A stretch of DNA of 64,000 nucleotides from Rebecca billardiae RCC1528 (Eukaryota > Protista > Haptophyta): contig OZ251232.1 in NCBI GenBank assembly GCA_965240325.2, forward strand, positions 1,240,001 to 1,304,000. Reading direction: 5' to 3'. The translations under genes and the position numbers were made by a program. A model generated the notes under the pieces. It worked only from the letters and a program-made list of their open reading frames with translations. It made no database searches and had not been told where the DNA came from. This document shows, in pieces, positions 1-11,618 of this stretch. Every line of letters starts with the position of its first letter. Position 1 is the stretch's first letter.

Positions 1-2054
1 GCGGCCTCCGCCGCCGCGCCGTCGGCGGCGCGCGTCGCCGCGCCGAGCGTCGAGACCACCTGCTCCCAGCTCATCGCCGGCAGCTCGACGTTTGGCGGCG
101 GCGCGGCGGCGCGGCGGCTGTTCATGCGGCCGAGCACGCCGCCCGCGCCGCCGCCCGCCGCCGCCGCGCTCGCGGGGCGCGCGGCCGAGCCCTCCGCCTC
201 GGCGGCGCCGGCCGCGGCGCCGGCCGCGGCGCCGGCCTCCGCGCCCCCGCCTGCGCTCTGCTCGAGCAGCGCCTTCAGACGCGCCGCCTCGGCGCGCACG
301 GCGCCCTCGGTGTGGGCGGCGATGGCGCGGGTCGCGGCGAGATACGCACCGGCGTGGGTCGCGTCGTGGCGGAGCAGTCCGACCTCGCGCGTCGCCGCCT
401 CGCCGCCCGCGGGCTGCGCGGCGCACGCGTTGGCGAGCGCGGCGCACGCCGCCGCCTGCACACCCGCGTGCTTGGCGTGCGCAGCCATCGCGCTGGCGCA
501 CGACTCGAACCCGCCGGCGGATGCGACAGCCTTGGCGCGGCTCACTGCGCGCATGCCGTCGCGCCCGGCGCACACGCCGGCGAGCACGCGGCACGCGCGC
601 TCGGACACGTACGGCGCGTCCGCGTGCGCGCGCAGCACGCCCACCGCCGCGATGTGCGCCCCGACGTCCACGGCGGCGTCCCGCGAGCTCAGCCCGACGC
701 AGCAGTCGGCGCCGAGCGCTCGGAGCGTGTCGGCGAGCCCGCCGTCGGAGCCGCTGAGCCGCTCGGCGGCGACCTCGAGCGCGCGCTGCGCCGCGATCGG
801 CGAGGCGTCCTTGTCCGCCAGCGACTCGAGCTCCGCCGTCAGCGCCGACCAGTCCAGCGCGCGCAGCTCCGCGAGCGAGCGCGCCTGGCGCGGCGCGGCG
901 GCGGCGCTATTCCCCGGAGCGCCCGCGCCGCCGTCCGCGCCGCCGTCGGCCGCGGCGGCGTGCGCGCCCAACGAGGAGATGGCGGCGGCGGCGTCGGCGT
1001 CGGCGCCGGGCGTGCTCGTCGAGCCGACGTACACGCTGCTCTCGCCCGCCTGCTGCGCCGCCGCGCGCTCGCCCAGCCGGCCGAGCGGCGCGAGCGCGGC
1101 GGGGCTCGGCTTGGGGCAGCTCGTGAGAATCTTCTCAATCCGGTCGCACAGCCGTCCGTCGACCGCCGGGCGGTGGGAGGGCTCGTGCGCCCACATCTCG
1201 CGCGTGAGCATGGCGAGCGTGGCGGGGCGCGCGGAGCCGGGCAGCTCGGGCCGCTTCTCCGCCGCCAGCGCCTTGAGCATCTGCCCCTCGCGCTTCCCCT
1301 CCCACGGCACCTTGCGCGTCAGAAGCTCAACAAACACCATCGCGAGTGAGTAGCAGTCGGCCTTCGCCCAGTCGAGCGGCGCGGCGCCGCGCTCGTCGTC
1401 GTCGTCGTGCAGCTCGGGCGCCATCCACGCGATCGTGCCCACCGCGCCCCGCGACGACGCCGCCGTGCTCGCGCGCACGCGCGCCAGCCCAAAGTCCGAC
1501 AGCTTGAGCGCGCCGTTGTCGGCGATCAGCACGTTGTGAGACTTGAGGTCGCGGTGGTACACGCCGCGCGCGTGGAGGAAGGTGAGCGCGCCGGACATCT
1601 CGAGCGCGCAGTGCGCGACAACGGCGTCGGGCAGCGCCGCGCGCGCGCTGCGCAGCAGGCCGAACAGGCTGCCGCTCGGCGCGAGCTCGAGCACGATGCA
1701 CGCGCTGCGCGCCTCGAGCGTGCACGCGCCAAACGCCTGCAGCACGTTGGGGTGGTGCAGCGCCTCGTGCGTGCCCACCTCGGCGCCGAGCTCGGAGAGG
1801 TCCGCGGTCGCGTCCACCTGCTTGATCGCCACGGGCACCGTGCCCCAGCGCCCCTCGTACACCTTGCCAAACCCGCCGTGCCCAATCAGCTCGCCGTACT
1901 TGAGATCGTTCGAGCCGATCTCCGTCCACGCGTGCGAGAGGGCCGCGGGGCGGGCGGAGAGGGCGACGGGGCGCGCGCTGTCCACGTTCGCGCCGCCGCC
2001 GCCGCCGCCGTCCTTGTTGCGCCGCGCGCTCGTCGAGCGCGCGAGCCGAACCAT
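1..2054 (-). CDS. TKL/MAP3K-like protein kinase with Ala-rich, ARM-like C-terminal region (3' end runs off the window)
   Basis: Manual translation from ATG 2054 (absent from the ORF track because there is no stop in the window): IGHGGFGKVY, VAIK, YHRDLKSHNVL, LSDFGLAR, GTIAWMAPE, ADCYS, then helical repeats such as GGFESCASAMAAHAKHAGVQAAACAALAN. Confidence 0.9.
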   Translation of the reverse strand, partial: MVRLARSTSARRNKDGGGGGGANVDSARPVALSARPAALSHAWTEIGSNDLKYGELIGHGGFGKVYEGRWGTVPVAIKQVDATADLSELGAEVGTHEALHHPNVLQAFGACTLEARSACIVLELAPSGSLFGLLRSARAALPDAVVAHCALEMSGALTFLHARGVYHRDLKSHNVLIADNGALKLSDFGLARVRASTAASSRGAVGTIAWMAPELHDDDDERGAAPLDWAKADCYSLAMVFVELLTRKVPWEGKREGQMLKALAAEKRPELPGSARPATLAMLTREMWAHEPSHRPAVDGRLCDRIEKILTSCPKPSPAALAPLGRLGERAAAQQAGESSVYVGSTSTPGADADAAAAISSLGAHAAAADGGADGGAGAPGNSAAAAPRQARSLAELRALDWSALTAELESLADKDASPIAAQRALEVAAERLSGSDGGLADTLRALGADCCVGLSSRDAAVDVGAHIAAVGVLRAHADAPYVSERACRVLAGVCAGRDGMRAVSRAKAVASAGGFESCASAMAAHAKHAGVQAAACAALANACAAQPAGGEAATREVGLLRHDATHAGAYLAATRAIAAHTEGAVRAEAARLKALLEQSAGGGAEAGAAAGAAAGAAEAEGSAARPASAAAAGGGAGGVLGRMNSRRAAAPPPNVELPAMSWEQVVSTLGAATRAADGAAAEA

Positions 2055-2242
2055 CGGGTGGGCGAGCGCGCGGTTGCTGTTGCGCAAGCTTGGTGCGCGG
2101 GGTGCGCAAGCTCTGCTCACCTTTTGCGCCCAGCGCCCAGCCCATCAGCGCCGAACCGGCACGGCCTCGATCGTCCGGCGAGATCGGATCTGGAGACCGC
2201 CCGACGGCTGCAAGATCGCGCGTCGAGCCGAGCGCGCGCGCG

Positions 2243-4003
2243 ATGGACGCGCTCGGCCCGTGGGGCCTTGTTGCCTCCGGCGCGGTGCTCACTGCCGCGC
2301 TGAGCGCCGCGGGCGTGCCAGTGCACGCGCCGCTGATGCCATTCGTCCACCTGATCAAGCTGTGGCTGCGGGCGAGCGACGGATTGCACTGGCTGCTCGG
2401 CGCAATCCTCTCGGGCGCGAGCACGCGCGCCCACAGCTGGGTACTCGCCCCCATCGGGAAGCTCGTGCAGGAGGCCGCGGCGCTGCTCGGCTGGGCGGCC
2501 AGCTCGCTCGTGTACGCCCTCTGCGCGCTCGCCGCGCTGATCGGCCCGGCGATCCTGCTCGTGTGGGGCGTGTCAAGAGTCTACTTGTGGGAGCTGCGCC
2601 GCCTCGTTTCGCGCGGCGCCCGCGGCTGCGACGCAGCGCTCATCGAGCTCGCCGAGCGCCTTGCGGACTCGCACAACTACAGCCTGGTCAGGCCGTACCT
2701 GTGGGAAGTACCCGGCGAAGACGCGCATGGCTCCCTCAAGCCGCTCAGGCTAGCGGCGGCGGTGTGCGTGATGCGCCGGCTCGAGCATGCCAAGAAGGGC
2801 CTGCTCGACATCTCGCCGCTGGCCGAGCTCATCGACGAGGGCCTCCCGGCGCGCTGGTGGCTGAGCGACGACGTGGACGCAGTCCTGGGGGAGAGGCCGC
2901 GCGCGGAGAGGCGCGCGCTCGAGGCGTGGCTGGAGAGGACGCGCCACGAGGCCGTCGCGTGGGCGTTCCGATCTGGGTACGCGGCGGAGTGCGCGAGGGA
3001 CGCCGGGCTTGCGCTGGGCGCTAATGTGAGCCTCAACAGAATCGTGCAGTCGTTCGAGATCCGGATGGACGCTGGCTTTGTGCAAATGCTCCCGGCGCGG
3101 GTGCTGCCCAAGCTCGCGCACGAGCACACGATGGGCTGGGTGCTGCTGCTCGCGGCCGCGCGCGGTGGCAGCCCTCGCGCCGCGCTCGCGTTCGTGCGAG
3201 GGATGATCCGCGAGGAGGAGGACATCTTCGACGGGCACCACGCGCTGTGCCGCGAGCTCGTCGGGCGCGCGCTCGCCCACCCGACCGACGGCACGTGGAG
3301 CGAGCGCGACCGCGCGGACGCGCACGCGTGCGAGGGCGCGCTCATCTACAGATCGGTCGGGCGCGGGCTCGGCGCTGACGGCGCGTACCCGATCTCGCCC
3401 TCGGGCGCGGCGTGCGCGTTCATGCGCGCGCTGGAGCACGACCACGCGCACGCGCTGTGGTGGTGCGGCTGCGTGATCCTGTGCGGCGAGCTCGGCGTCG
3501 CGGTGCACCAGCCGCTCGGCGTCGCGCTCATCGCCAGGGCGGCTGACGTGCACGGCTGCTGCGGCGCGCACTTCTCCCTGTCGCACTGCCTGGCGCGCGG
3601 GCTCGGAGGGCTGCGCGGGGGCCGGCTCGCCGCGTGGGTGAGCCACCTGCGCGGGCTGCGCCTCTGTGGGCGGCGCGAGGACGGCTACGGGCGCAGCATC
3701 CTGTGGCGCAACACACAGTCGCGCCAGCACGCGGCCGCGCCCGCCTCGAGCCAGCCGCGCAAGCGCGGCTGGCTCGAGTCGCACGAGTACGCCTACATGC
3801 TCGAGTGCGACCCGTGCGCGCACGCGCTCCCGCTCGCACCGACTGTCGAGCTTCCGTGCGTGCCGCCGGCGCGCAACCCGCCCGCGCCGCTCGAGGCGCT
3901 CCTGCCGCTCGTCGAGCGGCTCTTTGCACAGGCCGGGCTCATCCCACGCCCACTCTGCCGCTGGACGCTGGTCGAGGCGCTCAGCAGCGATGACAGCAGT
4001 TGA
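2243..4003 (+). CDS. Sel1-like repeat protein with N-terminal hydrophobic segments
   Basis: ATG 2243 within ORF 2090..4003. Sel1-like units HAHALWWCGCVILCGELGVAVHQPLGVALIARAAD and GAHFSLSHCLARGLGG; hydrophobic N-terminus. Confidence 0.6.
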   Translation: MDALGPWGLVASGAVLTAALSAAGVPVHAPLMPFVHLIKLWLRASDGLHWLLGAILSGASTRAHSWVLAPIGKLVQEAAALLGWAASSLVYALCALAALIGPAILLVWGVSRVYLWELRRLVSRGARGCDAALIELAERLADSHNYSLVRPYLWEVPGEDAHGSLKPLRLAAAVCVMRRLEHAKKGLLDISPLAELIDEGLPARWWLSDDVDAVLGERPRAERRALEAWLERTRHEAVAWAFRSGYAAECARDAGLALGANVSLNRIVQSFEIRMDAGFVQMLPARVLPKLAHEHTMGWVLLLAAARGGSPRAALAFVRGMIREEEDIFDGHHALCRELVGRALAHPTDGTWSERDRADAHACEGALIYRSVGRGLGADGAYPISPSGAACAFMRALEHDHAHALWWCGCVILCGELGVAVHQPLGVALIARAADVHGCCGAHFSLSHCLARGLGGLRGGRLAAWVSHLRGLRLCGRREDGYGRSILWRNTQSRQHAAAPASSQPRKRGWLESHEYAYMLECDPCAHALPLAPTVELPCVPPARNPPAPLEALLPLVERLFAQAGLIPRPLCRWTLVEALSSDDSS

Positions 4004-4507
4004 GTAGTCGTGGGTAGTAGCCGTAGGTAGTAGTGGCGGGTACGTACACCAACGACGACCTGCTCGGACCTGACACCTGTCATCATCCGAGGAGCTAGCT
4101 GTGATCATATCATGCAGATCGTCAGTGATGATGTGATATATATAATAAATATATGCGCTCGTCAGCCTGCGGCTGAGAGTGTCGAGTGAGCTCACTCAGT
4201 GAGCAGACAACGTATTCGTATATACTATATATATACGGGATGAGTAGGACTGCTACGACTCGATTCTCGAACTAGTAATAATAAGTACGTCGATCGAGTG
4301 ATCGACCGCCGGCCGATCATATCGTCGTCGTCTGTCATATATCGCTGCTGAGCGCGCCTGCTCGACCAGCAGCGTAGCTAGTCCGATGAGCCTGCTGAGT
4401 CACTAGCTACGTGAGCGGTCTGTCCAGCCAGCAGCCGCTGACCCAGCCTGACCCTCGTCCGGCGGCTCCGTCTGCTCCGATCTTACGCGCTGCGAGTAGT
4501 CTGGCGG

Positions 4508-5395
4508 CTATGAGAAGAGGCGCTGGTCCGCCGGGAAATTGACCACGTCACGGAACCAGCTCCGCGCGTGCGTGAAGTAGACTATAGGGCGCGGGCTCCC
4601 CGATCCATTCGCCAATCCGCGGTGCACCACCCGGTAGTCGAAGACCAGCACGTCGCCAACGTCGAGCTCGGGCGCGACGCTAGGGACGGCCGTGAGCCCG
4701 CCATCCGCGTCGGCGAGGATGGTGCCGTCCGCGATGAGGCCGAGGGCGTCCGAGGCGGCGAAGAGGTCGTCGGCCCCGCAAGCGTACTCCGCCGCCGCGA
4801 GCGCCGCGCTGACCGCGCCCTCGCGCCGTTGGGTGTGCGTCCCCGGCCAGAGCTCCGTTGGGCCGCGCGACGCGCACACGCGCTCAACGGGCACGAAGAC
4901 GGTGGCGCAGTGCGGCGGGCATATGACGGTGCCAGGCTCGTCGACGCCGAAGAGCTGCCCACCGTCGACGTGCGGGCGCTGCGCTTCCGCGCCGGGCATC
5001 GACACCACCGCGCCGCTGAAGAGGTGAGCCGGATTGGGCCCGAGGAGTGCATCGAGCAATGGCGACCATGGTGCGCGCTCGGTGAGCCGCGGCTCACGCA
5101 GCGGCACGGGCGCCACGCCCTCGCGCAGCTGCATATCGTAGCGCCCCTGCGAGCGGTGGCAGATCTCGAAGAATTCGAACGGACGGTCGGCCGAGCTACC
5201 CCTCGCCTCGATGCGCGCGAAGCACGCGCGCATGTTCGCCATGACCGCCCCGCCGAGCGCGCCCACGATGGCTGGCCGCACGGCGCCGCGCAGGACGACT
5301 GCGCCGTGAGCACGGAAGCGCTCGCAAGCTGCGCTCACCGTCGCCGGGCGCAGCCGACTGGCGGCCTCGCGATCGCTCACGCTCACGTCGAGCAT
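4508..5395 (-). CDS. Phytanoyl-CoA dioxygenase (PhyH)-family 2OG-Fe(II) oxygenase
   Basis: FRAHGAVVLRGA start, HxD in QRPHVDG, GPTELWPGTH, GDVLVFDYRVVHRGLAN with distal His and downstream Arg. Confidence 0.85.
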   Translation of the reverse strand: MLDVSVSDREAASRLRPATVSAACERFRAHGAVVLRGAVRPAIVGALGGAVMANMRACFARIEARGSSADRPFEFFEICHRSQGRYDMQLREGVAPVPLREPRLTERAPWSPLLDALLGPNPAHLFSGAVVSMPGAEAQRPHVDGGQLFGVDEPGTVICPPHCATVFVPVERVCASRGPTELWPGTHTQRREGAVSAALAAAEYACGADDLFAASDALGLIADGTILADADGGLTAVPSVAPELDVGDVLVFDYRVVHRGLANGSGSPRPIVYFTHARSWFRDVVNFPADQRLFS

Positions 5396-5893
5396 GTCTC
5401 GACGGGCACGCCGTCACCGACGCGCGCACTCTGTAGTAGCGGTCTTTGACGCAATCATCATCAGTCGTCCAGACATTTTCAGCCCAGCGCCGGCCGATAC
5501 TGCACGTAAGTAGATAGTAGTCATACATTACTACAAAAGTACGACACAGTAGTCGACGATACTGTACCAAAGGAGTGAAAGGACCATCAGATACAAGTAC
5601 CACGCTGCCCCGGGCGTGGCAGCAGCGAGCACCTCCTGCTGACTCCATGCCCGTGCTGATGCCACCGCGAGCGCCCGAAGGACCTGCGTCGAGGAGTGCC
5701 GCGCTACTCCGTCACGTAGGCCTTGACCACATCATCAGTTGTGATGGTCAGTTACCCTGGCAACCAGAGGACCATCAAAGAGGTGCTGCCTCGGCCTGCC
5801 TCGGCGGCCCCTGTGTCTCAGGCTCGGACAGGCCACAGGGACTTGGCTCGGACGCATGCCGGGCTCTGGCTTGCAGGCAGCTGTCCTAGCACG

Positions 5894-5966
5894 TGGGGGA
5901 GAGGCCGCGCGGAGAGAGGCGCGCGCTCGAGTCCTGGCTGGAGAGGGCGCGCTGCTAGGGCGTGGC
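5894..5966 (+). pseudogene. Degenerate partial copy of a Sel1-gene segment (~2886-2958)
   Basis: TGGGGGAGAGGCCGCGCGGAGAGAGGCGCGCGCTCGAGTCCTGGCTGGAGAGGGCGCGC aligns by eye with TGGGGGAGAGGCCGCGCGCGGAGAGGCGCGCGCTCGAGGCGTGGCTGGAGAGGACGCGC; the copy has TAG where the gene has GAG. Confidence 0.6.
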
Positions 5967-6128
5967 GTACTGTAGCCGGCGAGACGTGCATTTCTACGAC
6001 GAGCAATCCCAGCCATCCGCGTGCGTTTCTGAAGAGCGCTCCCCGCATGGCTTCCCCAGTGGTGAGCAGTGCCGGAATTTCGCGCGTGCGAGGAAAGAAT
6101 AACGGGAAAAAGACACTCGACTCGAGCG

Positions 6129-7259
6129 ATGGTGGCCGGGGCCATTCACCGGGCGGTGCTCTTCGTACTGCTGCACGCGACGTGCGCAGGGCGCGCACGC
6201 GCGGCGGAGCCAACGGCGCCTGGGCATGACGCTTCGCAGTGTGCTGCCATCCTCCGCGCCTTCCAGCGCGACGACGTGATGCACGTGTCCCGCTGCCCGA
6301 CCGAGTCGTGGCTGGCGACGATTGCGGCGCGCAGCGCGCGCGGCTGCGCCGTCGAGCACGCGCGTGTGCTGGTGGTGGGCGGGAACAAGGGCTATGACTG
6401 CGCCGGCTGGACGCGCATGTTCAGCGCGGCCGAGCCCGCCGCTGCGCTCTCGGCCAAGAGCTGGCGTGCCGCGCTCGGGGCCGTGAACGCGCGGATGCTC
6501 GACCGCGGCATGCATGCGTGTGGCAAGTGCATGCAGTGCGGCGAGGACTACCCGCTGCCGCCGGCGGGCGCGCCGCTCTCGCGCGTGCAGCCGCCGCGCG
6601 TCGAGTGCGTCGAGGCGCTGCCGGTCAATGCGGCCATGCTCCAGGGCGCGCGCGCCGCCGACCACTGGCGCGGCAGCGGGCTACGGATCCTTCACGCCGC
6701 GATGACGCGCCTTCGCCCCGGCGAGACCAACGTGACGGTGACGTTCCCCGCGGTGGACGCGACGCTCGCCGGGATCGAGCACGTGCACCAGCTCAAGCGC
6801 AAGAAGGGCGCCACCGTCCAAGTCCGCGCCATGACCGTGGACCAGCTCGTCTTTGGCAGCGGCGGCGGCGGCGGCGCCCGCGTGCCGGTGGCGGGCGATT
6901 CGGAGAGCGTCGCCGCGGCGGTCCAGCTGCCAACGGTGCTCACGGTGGACACGGAGGGGAGCGACGCGCTGGTGCTGCAGGGGGCGAACCGCACGCTCGG
7001 CACGGGGCAGGTCGCGCTCGTCCAGTTCGAGTACCACCGCATCGGCCGGTGGCAGTACCGGAAGCTCTCTGCGTCGATCGCGCTGCTGGACCAGCATGGG
7101 TACGACTGCTACTGGGCGGGCGCACGGCGGACGTACCGGATCACGCGGTGCTGGGCGAAGGAGTACGAGTTCCACATGTGGTCGAACGTGGTGTGCGCGC
7201 ACCGCAGGCACACGTGCTGGCTCGGCGCGCTCGAGGAGGCGCACGCGCCGCTGCCATAG
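6129..7259 (+). CDS. FkbM-family SAM-dependent methyltransferase with signal peptide/anchor
   Basis: VVGGNKGYD motif I, ECVEALPVN, VRAMTVDQL, LTVDTEGSDALVLQGA, LVQFEY, GYDCY; hydrophobic N-terminus. Confidence 0.85.
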   Translation: MVAGAIHRAVLFVLLHATCAGRARAAEPTAPGHDASQCAAILRAFQRDDVMHVSRCPTESWLATIAARSARGCAVEHARVLVVGGNKGYDCAGWTRMFSAAEPAAALSAKSWRAALGAVNARMLDRGMHACGKCMQCGEDYPLPPAGAPLSRVQPPRVECVEALPVNAAMLQGARAADHWRGSGLRILHAAMTRLRPGETNVTVTFPAVDATLAGIEHVHQLKRKKGATVQVRAMTVDQLVFGSGGGGGARVPVAGDSESVAAAVQLPTVLTVDTEGSDALVLQGANRTLGTGQVALVQFEYHRIGRWQYRKLSASIALLDQHGYDCYWAGARRTYRITRCWAKEYEFHMWSNVVCAHRRHTCWLGALEEAHAPLP

Positions 7260-7955
7260 CAGCTCGAAGACTCTCTCTTAGATGAGTCTCTTCCGTTGGC
7301 GGGCCAGAAGGAGTGCCATGCCCATGGGATCCCAAGGCTGCCAAGATAAATACGGCTTATACTTTGGCGAAGCCGAACGAAGCAGGGGCCGGCGCGCGTG
7401 CGCGCGGGCTGTCCCTGTCCCTGACGACGCGGCGCACTACAGCTCATCAGCGCAGATGATGATGACGATCGTCATGACACTGATGGGTCGTCGATCACAC
7501 TACTCGATCGATCAGTAGGCGGCAGCAGGGCAATATGTGATATGAGGGCAGCGGCGACGATCGAGTCGATCGACCGGAGTCGTCTCGGATTTGAGTCACG
7601 CGAGTGGCACGGCCACCCGGATCCATCAGTGGCGGTCGAGTGCGGTGAGGCGGCGGTCGCGGCGAAGTCATAGCCGCCATCCGATACGACGATAGTGCGG
7701 CGGCGGCCCGCCACATCACTCATCATGCGCTATATACACGCGCAGATCATTATATATATACATACATACCACGACAAGGATCAATGCGATCGGCTGACGC
7801 GTGCTGGCAGCGTCGCTGGCATCGCACGCGGCAGGCGCCAAAGATGCGCGGGCTCGCGTGGTGGCAGCCGCAGTCTGCCCGCGCCGCGACCGCGAGGCGG
7901 ATCGCGCAGCGCTGAGCCGCGAAGCCGGACCGACGGCTGCGCCGCGTGCTCGATG

Positions 7956-10490
7956 CTAGCTGCCCTGATCCGCCAGCTGCGTGGCCGCCTCCTCCTCATA
8001 GTCGTAGTCGCCACCATCGCTGCCGCTGCTCTCGGCGCGCGCGCTCTGCTCGTGCGGGGGCGCCGCAGCGGCGCCGTTCGACGCGGTGGCGGGCGGCGGT
8101 GCGCGCGGCGCCGAGACGGAGGGCTCGAGCGCGCGCGGCGCGGGCGGCGCGGGCGGCGCGGCGCCCGCCGCCGCCTCGAGCAGGTGCGACGAGCGGATGA
8201 TCCGGTCGTCGACTGGCTCCGCGTCCTGCGCGAGCTGGTCGTGTGCGAGGCTCTGGTAGTGCGCTCGGTAGTACATGTACGGAGTGTACTTGAGCATGTT
8301 TGAGACGCGCGACATGTAGATGTCGGCGTACTTCTCGATCTGGCGCATCAGGTGCGACTTGTCCGCGTGGCCCGCGCGGCTCATGTACCCCCAGTGCGGG
8401 TTGAGGTGCGCGCCCTCGTTGCGCATCAGCTCGTCGATGCGCACGTCGACATCCGACATGGTGCGGAGCAGCCGCTGCATCAACACGCTCAGCTCGTCCG
8501 CGTTCGCCTCGGAGAAGAGCGAAGAGGGGCGGCCCTGCTCGAAGCGGACGAACTCGGTGCGCACGTGGTTCATCCCGTTGCTCAGGATGTCCTTGTGCCG
8601 CAGCAGCCGCTGCAGCTGCTCACGCTCCTCGCGCCCTGCACGTGCGCGCGCGGGCGTGCGTGGCGCGGGCGCAGCGCGTGGCGCAGCGTGGGCGGGTCGT
8701 GCGTCGGGTGGCAAGGTCGGAGGGCGCGCGGCTCGCGCACACGCGCGGGCCTGGGGCCGCGCCCATCCCGGCTGCACGCCACGCTGGCACAGTGGCACCT
8801 TGGCGTGCCCGCCCTGGCGGCGCGACCGGAGGCCCGAGGCACGGCTGAAGGACGGAACCGACGGCGGCACACGGCAGCGCGCGCGCATCGGACGGCAGCG
8901 CGCGCGCAGCGCACGGCAGCACGCGCGCACCGTCCGCGAGCGCCGCGACCTCCGCCTCGAGCTCCTGCACGACCAGCGCGGTGCGCCAGCGCATCGTCGC
9001 CTTCACCATGTTCACGTCGGTGTAGATGTGGTCGCCGATGTACAGCAGCTCGTCCTTCTCGCAGTGGAACAGCCGCTCGACCATGTGCGCGTGCCCACCG
9101 CAGTACACCTGCGCCAGCCAGCCGCGCCGGGCGCGCCGCGCGTCCGGCCGCGCGCGCGCGCAGCTCGGATCAGCGCGTGGTGGCGGCGGCGGCGGGGGCG
9201 GCGGCGGCGGCGGCTCGGCGCGCGGGCGAGGGGCGGGCCGGGCGCGCGCACCTTGCCCGTCTCGAGCTTGAACCGCTCCTGCATCAGCCCGTTCTCCCGG
9301 TCCACGACTTCGTACAGCGGCATCGACTCTGAGAAGAAGGCGGGCTTGCGCGCGGAGACGATCACAGCGTCGAACAGGTCGAGCCACGACATGCCGGCCG
9401 GCAGGTACTCGTCGCAGATGTACGACATGACCGGGTTGGTGTACCGCCAGTCGGAGTTGGTCACGAGCACGAGCTTCTTCCCCGCGTCCTTCTGGTCCAT
9501 CAGCGTGAGCGGCAGGTTGGGGTCGCGCCGGATGAAGCGCCGCTTGTCCGCCAGCACTTCTTCCTTGAGCGCGGACGTGCAGTGTGCCTTGAACAGCGCC
9601 TTCGAGGTGGCGGCGGCGAGCTGCTGGTAGGTCGCGCACTTGGACTCGTTGAACGGCGGGCGCGCCTCGGTGAACAGCGTGCCGTCGTCCAGCTTCTCCA
9701 CCAGCTGCGCGTACAGCACGCCCTCAGAGATCGAGAAGAGCGTGTTCGTGAACTCCCACCGGCCCGTCTGCCGCAGGTCGACCACCAGCCGGCCGTACGC
9801 GGTGTGCAGCTCCTGCCGGCTGAGCCGGCGGGTGCCGTGCATCGCGCGCCGGACGTAGCCGAAGCGGTCGACCTGCACGAAGTTGCCCAGCTCCTTGTCC
9901 AGCACCGTGCCGCGCACCACCAGCTCGGGCGTGAACGTGAGGTTCTCGACGGGAAAGCCTTTCCGCCCCAGCGCCTCCTTGGCGTACCGGTACGCGGCCG
10001 CCTCCCAGGTGTGCACGTTGTACTGCACGAGGGTGTAGTCCATGTCGTAGCCGATGCACTTGATCGAGCGCATGTTCAGCGTGCGCGAGCAGTACACGCC
10101 GCGCGTGTCGTAGTCCGTGCGCTCGCTCGCGCCGGTCGGCCCGGCGGTGTCGAGCGGCACCGCCTCGCCCGTCGGCAGCTGCGGGATGGAGGGCATGATG
10201 CGCTCGAAGAGCTCGGCCACCTCGACGTCGGAGAGCGGCTCCGCGTCTTCGGAGGTGATCACCAGGTCGCCGTACGTCGACTGCCCGAAGGTGTCCACGC
10301 GCCCGTGGTCGCCCACGGTCACGAGCTTGGAGTCGAGCGCGGCGACGCGCGCGCGCGGCGCGCGCGCGCCCATCGCCGAGGCGGGGCGGCTCACGCGCCC
10401 GCGGGCCGACCAGCCGGCGGCCGAGGCGAGCAGGCCAAGAAGCACCGCCGCGCGTGCCGGCGCGCACGCCAGCGCGGATCGGCGCGGCAT
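7956..10490 (-). CDS. HAD-superfamily IG 5'-nucleotidase (cN-II/NT5C2-like), probably plastid-targeted; exons 10490-9252, 9108-8931, 8635-7956
   Basis: IGYDMDYTLVQY, LVTNSDWRYT, VIVSARKPAFF, LYIGDHIYTDV, WRTALVVQEL, YADIYMSRVSN. GT-AG introns of 143 and 295 bp restore the frame; signal + Arg/Ala/Ser-rich transit-like N-terminus. Confidence 0.92.
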
Positions 10491-11340
10491 GGCGTCCAGA
10501 CGCCCGCTCGGGCACGAAGCGTCAAGGCAGCCGCTTGGGCCAAGGCCCTGCCTGTAGCGGCGCCGTCGTGACGGCTTATTGCTGGAGATTGATTCGCGCG
10601 CAATCAAACTAAGCTACGACCTACGATACTCAACAAGCTGCAGCCTCATCAGGATTCTTGAGGACGATCAGGAACCAGCCAGCACAACTTCTCGCCAAGT
10701 CCAAGACCGCCGGGCCGGCCCGGCGCGGGGCGGCCCGACAGGGCGCTCCGAGCGACCTGACCGATCAAGACCGTTAGTCGCTAGATGTGTGGACCACTGC
10801 CTGTCCATCTGCCCGAAGCACCAGCCACCGACGCACAACGGTCTCGCCTCTCGGTGATGCGACCGCGGCACTACGCCGGGTCTACCGCGGCCGCCAGCTA
10901 GGCCGTCTGGCGTCTGGCTATAGAGTATAGGTCTGCTAGGAGTATAGCTCACTTAGCTGCTACTGACCTGCCACTGGCTACTGGCTACTCTGGGCGTCTG
11001 GCTCGGCGGGTCGGCCCGCGTCAGTCGTCGCCGCGTCCGCGTCCCCGGGGCGGCGTCCGGCACGGCGTCCGTCCGCGTACCCAGTGTCGGACTGTCCCGT
11101 GTCCGGCGCATCGCCGACGTTAATCGTTCTCGTCGTCCGTCTGACTCATCGTCATAGTCAGTATGATAGTACTCAGTATGTACATACAGTAGACTGAGAC
11201 TGAGTAGGCGGCGAGTGGCCGAGTGCATGCCGAGCCCGACGGAACTCCCAACTATCGGCGTCACCGAAGCGGCTACGCCCCGACGCAGCGCCCCCCAGCA
11301 ACCACGGCCCCATCACGGCGCGCGCGCCGCGTGTCCGAGC

Positions 11341-11587
11341 TCACAGCATGTCATCCTGAAACTGATCGAAGCCGCCCGCCGCGGACGAGCTACCCGCGGC
11401 CGCCTGCGGCGCGGGCGAGCTGCGCACGCCGCCGCCCGCGCCGCCCGAGCCGTTTGCGCCGTCGCGCTTGTACGGGTCCGAGCGGCCCGCCTCCGCGTCG
11501 GACCAAGAGGCCGGCTGCCTGCTGCCGCGCGCGTTGTACGCGTCGAGGTCGCCGTCGTCGTCGTCGTCGTGGTACTCGCGTCGGTAC

Positions 11588-11618
<31 letters not shown>

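Noticed and set aside
4508-7259. PhyH + FkbM as a biosynthetic gene cluster
   Set aside because: No core synthase nearby; both families are commonly expanded in algae, and FkbM appears secretory while PhyH does not.
8636-8930. Longer nucleotidase intron as a further snoRNA host
   Set aside because: No C/D boxes or recognisable rRNA antisense seen; an H/ACA RNA cannot be excluded by eye.
10608-10956. Possible inverted termini (CTAAG..GACCTA..TACTC) upstream of the nucleotidase
   Set aside because: Match too gapped and no target-site duplication visible.
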